Position numbers and translations under genes: made by a program. The notes below the pieces were generated by a model. It was not told where the DNA came from. It ran no database searches and was given only the letters and a program-made list of their open reading frames with translations. This document shows, one piece after another, positions 47,934-55,902 of a stretch of DNA of 64,000 nt (its first letter is position 1; every line of letters begins with the position of its first letter). The stretch spans positions 1-64,000 of IMG/VR virus record IMGVR_UViG_3300035703_000010; one strand, written 5' to 3'.

Positions 47934-47959
47934 ACATCATCAATAAATTGAAACATAAT
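47930..47959 (+). promoter_or_regulatory. Possible sigma70-type promoter
   Basis: TTGAAC-N18-CATAAT upstream of 47967; weak in an AT-rich background. Confidence 0.25.
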
Positions 47960-47966
47960 AAAAATT

Positions 47967-49166
47967 ATGTCAGTTTTTCTAAACGAAGAAGTATCTTTAA
48001 AGATATCTTACGTTTTTAAAAAGCTTAAAGAAATTATTGAAAATTCAAAAAATTCTATATCATCAAAAAAAGAAAAAGTTTTGTTTAAAACAGACATACA
48101 GGCATGTTTAAACTATAAGTTTGAAGATGCTTTAGAAGAATCTATTAAAAAAATTATAATTGATCATGCTTTTAAAGCAGAGCAATTATCTCCTGGTTCT
48201 TTTAAAGAAACTATTTTAATTTCTAATGATTTATTGATGAATGAAAATAGAAATGAACATGATGTAAAAGTTTCATTCCATCCAAAATTAGAAGATTTAA
48301 AAAAAATAATTGATGTGTTTTCTACAGATGAAGTTGTTTCAGCTTTATGTTTTGAAGCTATAAATTTATCTGGATTTGGCGGAAAAATTTCTATAGAAAA
48401 AAGTTTAAATTCTGAGACGTCTGTTGAACTTATTGACGGATATTCGTTTAAACATGATAACTTAGGAATTCATCCAATAAAAATAAAAAAGCCTAGAATT
48501 ATTTGCATTGATGGATATATCGAATCTGTTTCTGAAGCAAACTTATTGTTTGAAGGAGCTGTGCAATTAAAACATCCACTAATTCTAGTTTGTAGAGGAA
48601 TGAGTGATGAAGTTCTTCAAACAATAAAAGTTAACAAGGATAGAAAAACTATGTTTATTTATCCTATTAAAATACCTTTTGATTTGCAAGGAATTAATAC
48701 AATAGCTGATATTAGCACTGTGATAGGATTAAATCCAGTATCTTGTAATTTAGGTGATCTTATATCTGCTACAAAAATAGAAGATTCGGTAGAAATAGAT
48801 GAGATTTTTATTACTGGAAATTCTTTAATAATAAAGAATTCAAAAACTAGAAAAAATGTTAACTTACATTTAAGATCTTTAATAGAAAAAAGACATTCTT
48901 CGAATGTTGATGTAGAAGAGTTATTAACAGTTAGAATAAAATCATTATCCAATAATTGTGTAATTATAAGATTGCCTAATGATTCAAAGTATGTATCAAC
49001 TTCTCAATCAATTGATTATGTACTTAGGTCAGTAAAATCTATGCTAGATTATGGGATATTTTTTGACAATAATAAAATTAAACTTTATGGAAGTCGCCAA
49101 TTTTCTATTGACATGTCGAAAAAACTTTATTCTTTAATAAAAAACATTCATGCATTTTTAGAGTAA
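47967..49166 (+). CDS. Truncated, ATPase-degenerate GroEL/Cpn60-like protein
   Basis: Colinear similarity to GroEL intermediate/apical domains (EAI..G..G.I.IE......VELIDG..F; P.I..IDG.I; PL.L......E.L.T...N; DI....G; E.L..RI..L....IIR); GDGTTT replaced by PGSFKET; only 399 aa. Confidence 0.8.
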   Translation: MSVFLNEEVSLKISYVFKKLKEIIENSKNSISSKKEKVLFKTDIQACLNYKFEDALEESIKKIIIDHAFKAEQLSPGSFKETILISNDLLMNENRNEHDVKVSFHPKLEDLKKIIDVFSTDEVVSALCFEAINLSGFGGKISIEKSLNSETSVELIDGYSFKHDNLGIHPIKIKKPRIICIDGYIESVSEANLLFEGAVQLKHPLILVCRGMSDEVLQTIKVNKDRKTMFIYPIKIPFDLQGINTIADISTVIGLNPVSCNLGDLISATKIEDSVEIDEIFITGNSLIIKNSKTRKNVNLHLRSLIEKRHSSNVDVEELLTVRIKSLSNNCVIIRLPNDSKYVSTSQSIDYVLRSVKSMLDYGIFFDNNKIKLYGSRQFSIDMSKKLYSLIKNIHAFLE

Positions 49167-49227
49167 AAACATCTTTTGTAAAGATTTCCAGTTTACTTTG
49201 TTAAAGATGATGCATAACATATAGATT

Positions 49228-49491
49228 ATGTCAAACGTAAATTTAGATAAAGCTTCTTGGGAATTAGTTGAAGTGTTGAAAGATACTGCTAAGAAAAATC
49301 TTCTTAACGCTGTAAAAAATGATCAACTTAAATTAGATCAAGAAATTTTACCAAAACTTTTTACCTTGATTGATTCTTCAATGTCTGAAGGTTATAATAA
49401 AAGTTATAAAGCTTTTTCAACAAAGTTTTTAAAAGTAAGCAAAGATTTAGCTGCTACAGCTGATAAAGATTCTTTAAAAAAAAGAAAGTGA
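49228..49491 (+). CDS. Hypothetical small helical protein
   Basis: 87 aa ORF in the co-oriented block. Confidence 0.65.
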   Translation: MSNVNLDKASWELVEVLKDTAKKNLLNAVKNDQLKLDQEILPKLFTLIDSSMSEGYNKSYKAFSTKFLKVSKDLAATADKDSLKKRK

Positions 49492-49507
49492 ACTTCTTTA
49501 AAAGAAT

Positions 49508-49984
49508 ATGGCTATCTTTGGTCAAAAACACTTAATAAAGTGTAGATGCGTATTACCACAGTTTAAAAACTCTTCAGACCCAGAGAAAAAACAACATAGA
49601 TTCACTGTTTTTTCAGAAATTGTTGATGATGTTGTTAAACAAAAATTTTCTCAATGTAACAATTGCGGTCTTATTCATAAAGTTACAGATATATGCACTT
49701 CTGAAATAATGTCAGGTAAAGAAGCAATGTCATCAATTTTAACAATTGAAGATATAAAGTCGGGTCTTCATCCTTCTTTAACTTCAATTCTTGAAAGATA
49801 TCAATGTGATTTACCTACATGGGAACAAGCACAATTTATTACGGAAAATAAGCGTTGGGGTGAAATAATCATCTTAACTAGCGACGTTGAAGATGACTCT
49901 AAAGTTATAAAATATCTTAGAGTTTTAGGGGAAACTTTATTTAAAGTTGATTCTCATTCTAGAAAAGAAACATTAGGTGTTTGA
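49508..49984 (+). CDS. Hypothetical Zn-binding protein
   Basis: CRC ... CNNC...H....C cysteine pattern. Confidence 0.65.
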   Translation: MAIFGQKHLIKCRCVLPQFKNSSDPEKKQHRFTVFSEIVDDVVKQKFSQCNNCGLIHKVTDICTSEIMSGKEAMSSILTIEDIKSGLHPSLTSILERYQCDLPTWEQAQFITENKRWGEIIILTSDVEDDSKVIKYLRVLGETLFKVDSHSRKETLGV

Positions 49985-50225
49985 TATGCATTATGGACAA
50001 TTATCTTCAGAAAAATCAGCTAAAGAAAATGAAGATTGCAGAAGAATTGTAAAAGAAATTTTAAATGTAGGATTGACTCAACGTCAACATATGTTTCTTA
50101 TTTATTTACTTTCTCTTGAATTAGAAAACATTGAATACGTACAAGCTTTAGCGGATACTATTAAAGAAATAGCTGGAGATCAGATTTTTATTTCAAAGAG
50201 AGAAGAAAATGGGACGAACAGTTGA
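49977..50225 (+). CDS. Hypothetical small helical protein
   Basis: 82 aa; overlaps both neighbours. Confidence 0.6.
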   Translation: MFDMHYGQLSSEKSAKENEDCRRIVKEILNVGLTQRQHMFLIYLLSLELENIEYVQALADTIKEIAGDQIFISKREENGTNS

Positions 50226-50814
50226 ACCTCAAAATTTGCGAACCGCTCATTCAGGAAAAACAAACTCAGATGGGCAAGATGCTGCTATATTAATGTCTCC
50301 AAGCGAAGATTCTAGAATAGTAGTTCTTTATGGAGGAGTAAGCGAGCAATCAATAGCTGCAACTATAGTTCAACTTCTTTATTTAGCAAATCAAAATCAT
50401 AAACCAATTCATCTTGTAGTTTCTACTTATGGCGGATCAGTTGATGAGATGTTTTCTCTTTATGACACTATTAAGTTTTTACCATGTCCAGTTCACACTA
50501 TCGCTCTAGGCAAAGTTATGTCTGCCGGCGTTCTATTGTTGGCCTCGGGCGTCAAAGGCAAAAGAATGATTGGTTCATCTGCTAGACTTATGATGCATCC
50601 AATTTCAGGCGGATTTTATGGAAACGTTTTTGAATCAGTAAATGAGACAAATGAACATAAGAGACTTCATCATTTAATGACTACAGCTCTTCAAGATGAA
50701 ACAAAGATGACAGTTGAGCAAATTGAATCGATCATGAAGTCAGGTCATGATTACTATCTGACCCCTGAAGATGCGATAAAGTTAGGAATCGTCGACAAAA
50801 TCATCGGCAAATGA
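50209..50814 (+). CDS. clpP: ClpP-family serine protease
   Basis: GGSV, KVMSAG (catalytic Ser), KR...SSARLMMHP (His), HDYYLTPEDA.KLG.VD (Asp). Confidence 0.92.
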   Translation: MGRTVEPQNLRTAHSGKTNSDGQDAAILMSPSEDSRIVVLYGGVSEQSIAATIVQLLYLANQNHKPIHLVVSTYGGSVDEMFSLYDTIKFLPCPVHTIALGKVMSAGVLLLASGVKGKRMIGSSARLMMHPISGGFYGNVFESVNETNEHKRLHHLMTTALQDETKMTVEQIESIMKSGHDYYLTPEDAIKLGIVDKIIGK

Positions 50815-50853
50815 TTGTGCAATGTTTGCAGGATTAGTTGTACCTTTGTACGC

Positions 50854-52500
50854 ATGCCTCTTAACGATTATGTAAGATATTTTCCTTTTCAAAAGATCAG
50901 AAAAGAGCAATCTAAAGCCATCGAATTTGCTTTAGATTCTTATGAATCTGGAAAAAGATTTGTAATTCTTGAATTAGGTACTGGAGTTGGAAAATCAGCA
51001 ATTGGAATTACAATTGCTAGATACATGGAGGCACATGGATCAAGAATTAGAGATCAAAAAGGAGATTTGATGACAGGATCATATGTCATCACGACTCAAA
51101 AAATTCTTCAAGAACAATATCTTAGAGACTTTGGTGGTAGTCCTACAAAATCTTCTTTAGTAAGATCGATTAAGTCTAGTTCAAATTATCAGTGTTCATT
51201 TTATCCTGATCAAACATGCGCAGAATCTAGAAGATTGCTAAGTAGCCTTACGAAACAATTAAGTGGAACTGAATTTCAAAAGCAATGTAAAAACCAATGT
51301 CCTTACGCTTTAGAAAAGCAAGAATTCATTGATTCACCAATTTCAGTAACAAACTTTTCTTATTTTCTTGCAGAAACAATGTATGCTGGAAAATTAGAAC
51401 CAAGAGGATTGTTGGTTGTTGATGAAGCGCATAATACAGAAACTGAATTAGGAAAATTCATTGAAGTAACTTTTTCAGAAAAGTTTGCTAGAGATGTTTT
51501 GAAATGTAAGTTACCAAAAAGTTTAGATCAAGAATCTGTTTTTGAATGGGTAAGTAAAACCTACAAAAAAGCAGCTTCAAAGTATTCTAAAGAACTAGAA
51601 AAAAACTTAGCAAAACTTAGTGGTGATATTGAAGGATATGGATCGTTTTCTAAGCAATACGAAATGCTGGACAAACATGTTTGCAAGGTTAATCGATTTT
51701 TAGAAGTTTATAAATCGAACAATTGGGTGATGAACGTTTCATACCCATCTCCTGACAACAAGAAAGCCGGAAAAAAATTCGAATTTAAACCTATTGATGT
51801 TTCACCATATAGTCATGATGTATTTTTTAAACATGGTGGAAGAGTCTTATTGATGTCCGCAACGATTGTTAACAAAGAAATATTTTGCGAGTCTTTAGGA
51901 ATACATCACGATGATGTTGCATTTTTGAATATTCCATCACCATTTCCTATTGAAAATAGACCAATTCATTTTATTCCTGTTGGTTCAATGTCTAAAAGTA
52001 GCATTGATCAAACGTTGCCTAAGATGGCAGAAGCAGTTAAGATGCTTTTAGAAAAACATTCAAATGAAAAAGGAATAATTCATTGTTCAAATTACAAGGT
52101 TGCAAAATTTATCAATGAATCGCTTGTTTCTCATAGGGTTCTTATGCATGATTCTTCAAATCGTGATCAAATGTTAAAGATTCATTTAGAATCTTCTGAA
52201 CCAACTGTTTTATTGAGTCCATCTATGATGGAAGGTGTCGATTTATTTGATGATCATAGCAGATTTCAAATAATTTGCAAAATTCCATTCCCTTATTTAG
52301 GAGATCTAGTCGTAAAGAAGAGAATGGAAAAAAATAAATTTTGGTATCCTTATATGACAGCTAAATCCGTGATTCAGTCATTAGGAAGATCAATTAGAAA
52401 TGAAAAAGATCACGCGGTCTCTTACATACTAGACGGAGATTGGGATAGATTTTTTAAAATGAATAGAACTATGTTTCCAGATGATTTTGTCATATCATAA
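50854..52500 (+). CDS. DinG/XPD/YoaA-family Fe-S helicase
   Basis: GTGVGKS Walker A, four Cys after motif Ia, VDEAH, LMSAT, EG.D, KIPFP, QS.GR.IR..D. ATG 50854 preferred to TTG 50815. Confidence 0.9.
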   Translation: MPLNDYVRYFPFQKIRKEQSKAIEFALDSYESGKRFVILELGTGVGKSAIGITIARYMEAHGSRIRDQKGDLMTGSYVITTQKILQEQYLRDFGGSPTKSSLVRSIKSSSNYQCSFYPDQTCAESRRLLSSLTKQLSGTEFQKQCKNQCPYALEKQEFIDSPISVTNFSYFLAETMYAGKLEPRGLLVVDEAHNTETELGKFIEVTFSEKFARDVLKCKLPKSLDQESVFEWVSKTYKKAASKYSKELEKNLAKLSGDIEGYGSFSKQYEMLDKHVCKVNRFLEVYKSNNWVMNVSYPSPDNKKAGKKFEFKPIDVSPYSHDVFFKHGGRVLLMSATIVNKEIFCESLGIHHDDVAFLNIPSPFPIENRPIHFIPVGSMSKSSIDQTLPKMAEAVKMLLEKHSNEKGIIHCSNYKVAKFINESLVSHRVLMHDSSNRDQMLKIHLESSEPTVLLSPSMMEGVDLFDDHSRFQIICKIPFPYLGDLVVKKRMEKNKFWYPYMTAKSVIQSLGRSIRNEKDHAVSYILDGDWDRFFKMNRTMFPDDFVIS

Positions 52501-52553
52501 ATTTTACTCTTGATTCATGATGCCTATATTTTTCGTCAGGAGGATAATCCAAA

Positions 52554-52754
52554 ATGTCAGAAAATGAAGTTTTAGCAAAGTGGTCAGATCTTAAATCTCT
52601 AGTAGAAGCTCTAGAGCATGATGTTGCAAAGAACGCAAAAGGTACTGCAGCTGCAGGCGTTAGAGTAAGAAAAGGTCTTAGAGATTTAAAGGTAAAAGCA
52701 GGAGAACTTGTTAAGTTAACTCTTACTTTAGACAAGACCAAGAAAAAGGATTGA
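52554..52754 (+). CDS. Histone H1-like protein Hc1 family
   Basis: L..L.E.LE.D.AK...G..AAG.R.RK.L..LK....ELVK pattern; strong SD AGGAGG. Confidence 0.75.
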   Translation: MSENEVLAKWSDLKSLVEALEHDVAKNAKGTAAAGVRVRKGLRDLKVKAGELVKLTLTLDKTKKKD

Positions 52755-52776
52755 TTTTAAATTGGTCAGTATTTGA

Positions 52777-52808
52777 AATGGGATACATATATGTTTGTGT
52801 ATCCCATT
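52777..52808 (+). terminator. Intrinsic terminator-like hairpin after the Hc1 gene
   Basis: Perfect 11-bp stem AATGGGATACA/TGTATCCCATT, 10-nt loop, followed by GTTATTT. Confidence 0.6.
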
Positions 52809-52842
52809 GTTATTTAACAAGTACTTAACTAAGAGGTTTTAA

Positions 52843-53217
52843 ATGCCAGCACCACGTAGAGCAATTTTAGCAAATATTCATGAACAAAAACTAGATCCAA
52901 AGAAGTCTTATTCAAAACTAGACAAAAGTGGAAAGCTTGTTGAAGAATCTTCTTTTACAGATAATAAAAAAGTAAAAGAAGACAAGCCTATTGTTTTTGC
53001 TTCATTAGATAAAGTTGAAAAAACTCAAAATGATGTTTTAGATCAAGAAATATTGCAAGCTTCGCAACAAGCAAAAGAAGAAATTCTTGAATCTAAAACA
53101 GAAAATTTAGTTGAATCTTTAGCCGAAACGACTGAAATTCAACAAGAAAAAATTGAAATTAATCAGCAATTTATGAAAAAGAAGCAAAAGAAAAAAGAAC
53201 AATCAAATCAAAATTGA
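52843..53217 (+). CDS. Hypothetical charged low-complexity protein
   Basis: 124 aa, E/K/Q-rich, basic termini; SD-like GAGG. Confidence 0.6.
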   Translation: MPAPRRAILANIHEQKLDPKKSYSKLDKSGKLVEESSFTDNKKVKEDKPIVFASLDKVEKTQNDVLDQEILQASQQAKEEILESKTENLVESLAETTEIQQEKIEINQQFMKKKQKKKEQSNQN

Positions 53218-53451
53218 GTTTTTGATTTTTTGAATGATTGTTTTTTCTATTTGGCAAATTCTCATTCTTGTTAATCCGTATATTTTCCCAATTTTTTGAA
53301 GAGTATACGGTCCGTTTTGAGATGCAATTACAACACAGTTAAAGCTGTCATCATTATTGATATAATGTTTACAGCTTTTCTTTTGGCAATTTACTTTATT
53401 TGCAGAATGTGCTTCGAAACATTTTGTGTTGTTAATAACTGGTAATTTCAT
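53203..53451 (-). CDS. Stand-alone sigma70 region 4 HTH with N-terminal Cys4 motif
   Basis: YTLQKIGKIYGLTRMRICQIE matches sigma 4.2 (TL.EIG..FGVTRERIRQIE); four Cys upstream. Confidence 0.85.
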   Translation of the reverse strand: MKLPVINNTKCFEAHSANKVNCQKKSCKHYINNDDSFNCVVIASQNGPYTLQKIGKIYGLTRMRICQIEKTIIQKIKNSILI

Positions 53452-53513
53452 TTTTCTTCTATCAATTAGTTTATAATCTAAATGTTAAATTTACATTGTT
53501 CATATAGAATAAC

Positions 53514-54878
53514 ATGACAAAAACATATGTTTTAGATACAAACGTCTTGCTAAGTGATCCTGATAGCATTCATAGCTTTGAAGATAATGATTTATTGATT
53601 CCAATTTTAGTTTTAGAGGAATTAGATAAACATAAAACTAGAAATGATGATGTAGGAAGAAACGCTAGACAGGTAAGCAGAATGCTAGATTCCATGAGAA
53701 ATGAATCTAGTTTTCATGATGGAGTTAAAACTCGTGGTGGAGGAACTATAAAAATAGTTTCTTCAGAGGATGATCCACGTTCTCTTTTACCAAAGGAATT
53801 ATTAAAAAGCTCCAGTTTGGATAACATGATCATTGGATTCATGCTAACTCAAAAAGACAAGAATCTAGTTCTTGTTTCTAAAGATATAAACATAAGAGTT
53901 AAATGTGATGCTTTAGGTCTTAAGTGTCAAGACTATTTAAACATGAGAGTTTCATCAGACATAGATGAACTTTACAGAGGCGTGAAGCTTGTTCATGTTA
54001 ATGAAGACATCGTTGATTCTTTTTACAAAGATGGAAAGATTCAAAAATCAGATGCAACAGATGAACAAACTTATCCAAATCAAATCGTTATTTTAAAAAC
54101 AGTTGACGATAGAGGAAACACTATTAAGTCTGCTATGTCACGCTTTCATGAAGATGGAACTTTAAGATCATTAGCAAAAATTGATAGCGTGTTTGGATTG
54201 AGACCTAGAAATAAAGAACAACTTTTTTCTTTAGACTTACTCATGGATGAAAACATAAAACTTTTATCCATGATAGGTAAAGCCGGTTGCGGTAAAACAC
54301 TATTAGCTATAGCAGCTGGATTAGAACAATTAAATTCTATAGGTTCACAATCAAAATATCAAAAGTTGATTGTGTCTCGTCCAGTTCAACCCGTTGGAAA
54401 AGACATCGGTTACTTACCAGGAACATTAGAAGAAAAAATGGAACCATGGATAGCACCTGTTAAAGACAATCTAGATTTTCTTTTAGGTATTAATGGTAAG
54501 AAACCTGGTAGAAAATCAAAAGATAATCTAATGACATCTGATCCTTATCTTGAGTTGATGCAACAAAGAGGATTGATAGAAATTGAAGCGATATCATTTA
54601 TTAGAGGTCGTTCAATTCCAAATGCATTCATTATAATAGATGAAGCTCAAAATTTGTCAATGCATGAATTAAAAACGATCGTAACTCGTGTAGGAGAAGG
54701 AACAAAAATCGTTTTAACTGGAGATATTGAGCAAATTGACAATGTTGACGTCGATGCTTACACGAACGGTCTTACATATGCAATTGAAAAATTTAAAGAA
54801 CATTCAATTGCTGCTCACGTTACTCTTCTAAAAGGAGAAAGAAGTCCATTGGCTACTTTAGCTTCTAAGATTTTGTAA
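53514..54878 (+). CDS. phoH: PIN-PhoH (PhoH2/YlaK-type) protein
   Basis: YVLDTNVLL PIN domain, VLEELD..K, SKD.N.R.K, GKAGCGKT, RP....G..IG.LPG, RGRS, IIDEAQN, GD..QID. Confidence 0.93.
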   Translation: MTKTYVLDTNVLLSDPDSIHSFEDNDLLIPILVLEELDKHKTRNDDVGRNARQVSRMLDSMRNESSFHDGVKTRGGGTIKIVSSEDDPRSLLPKELLKSSSLDNMIIGFMLTQKDKNLVLVSKDINIRVKCDALGLKCQDYLNMRVSSDIDELYRGVKLVHVNEDIVDSFYKDGKIQKSDATDEQTYPNQIVILKTVDDRGNTIKSAMSRFHEDGTLRSLAKIDSVFGLRPRNKEQLFSLDLLMDENIKLLSMIGKAGCGKTLLAIAAGLEQLNSIGSQSKYQKLIVSRPVQPVGKDIGYLPGTLEEKMEPWIAPVKDNLDFLLGINGKKPGRKSKDNLMTSDPYLELMQQRGLIEIEAISFIRGRSIPNAFIIIDEAQNLSMHELKTIVTRVGEGTKIVLTGDIEQIDNVDVDAYTNGLTYAIEKFKEHSIAAHVTLLKGERSPLATLASKIL

Positions 54879-54915
54879 GTTATCTTGTGTGATTTAATAA
54901 ATAGTTGATATCAAC

Positions 54916-55902
54916 ATGAGTGGAATCTTAGATAATAGAACGAGAATAATGGATACCATCGTCACTTTAGAAGGTCGACGACAAATGGCTGATGGTAAAC
55001 TAAGAATAGAATATGTCAGTTTTACAGATAATTCTACATTCTATGATCCAGATGTTGTCAGTGGATCAGCTGATGCCACCAATAGATTATATTTTGAACA
55101 ATGTCATTTGCCTCAAGATCAAATAACTTTTGAAGCTGATGATTCTGGAAGATTAAAACCATTTAAAAATTCTAAAAACGTTAACGTATCTAACTCTGGA
55201 AAAATTTTCGTTTCTTCTTCAGCGGATATAGAATTTTTAACAGGAACTGAATTTACTTCAACAGCTGAAGATTTAATTGCATCATCTATTAATAATTTCA
55301 ATAATTTGCAAGCTATTGGAACTAAAGATTATGTTTTTGAAAATGAAGGATTTGAATTAGGGCCTTCAGAGATATCTTATACTGTTAATTACAATATAAA
55401 AAATGGAAAAGAAGAAATTGTTAATAATTTTAATGAAAATTTTCTAGAAACAAGAAACTTAGAAGAATTTCCTAGTTTGTTTAATTCTAAATGGTTAGAA
55501 AACGTTATTAATTTTAAGTATTTGCCTCCAATAAATAAAAATAATGATAAGAGTATAGACAAATCCAATATTTCGTTTTTAGAAGCTAACAAAATTGGGA
55601 ATTACCAAAATTTAAAATCAGACAAGCCTTATGATTATGTTTCTATTGAAAAAGATTTAGCAAATCTTGAAAAGAATGGATTAAAAAAATCTATAACTTT
55701 TGATCCTACGTCTTTAAATAATAACTTGGTTTCTCAATTTTTAGAAATAAGCAATGTAGAAATGCAAAAATTAGATGTTATTGATTACGGAACGTATATT
55801 AATAACGGTAAAACAAAACATATGTTCTTTGTTGGGAAAATAAAGACAGATGTTGATGATTCACAATGCTTTATTAATTTATTTACTTTAGTTTTTGAAT
55901 GA
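54916..55902 (+). CDS. Putative tail-associated structural protein
   Basis: N-terminus DTIVT.EGR....G.L.IEYVSF.D resembles phage tail collar/fibre-base N-termini. Confidence 0.45.
   Translation: MSGILDNRTRIMDTIVTLEGRRQMADGKLRIEYVSFTDNSTFYDPDVVSGSADATNRLYFEQCHLPQDQITFEADDSGRLKPFKNSKNVNVSNSGKIFVSSSADIEFLTGTEFTSTAEDLIASSINNFNNLQAIGTKDYVFENEGFELGPSEISYTVNYNIKNGKEEIVNNFNENFLETRNLEEFPSLFNSKWLENVINFKYLPPINKNNDKSIDKSNISFLEANKIGNYQNLKSDKPYDYVSIEKDLANLEKNGLKKSITFDPTSLNNNLVSQFLEISNVEMQKLDVIDYGTYINNGKTKHMFFVGKIKTDVDDSQCFINLFTLVFE

Noticed and set aside
1022-50848. Bacteroidota-type TAnnTTTG promoters (TACATTTG at 1022, TACCTTTG at 50841) as a host clue
   Set aside because: Correctly spaced -33 TTTG elements are missing, and several genes have strong Shine-Dalgarno sites, which is atypical of Bacteroidota.
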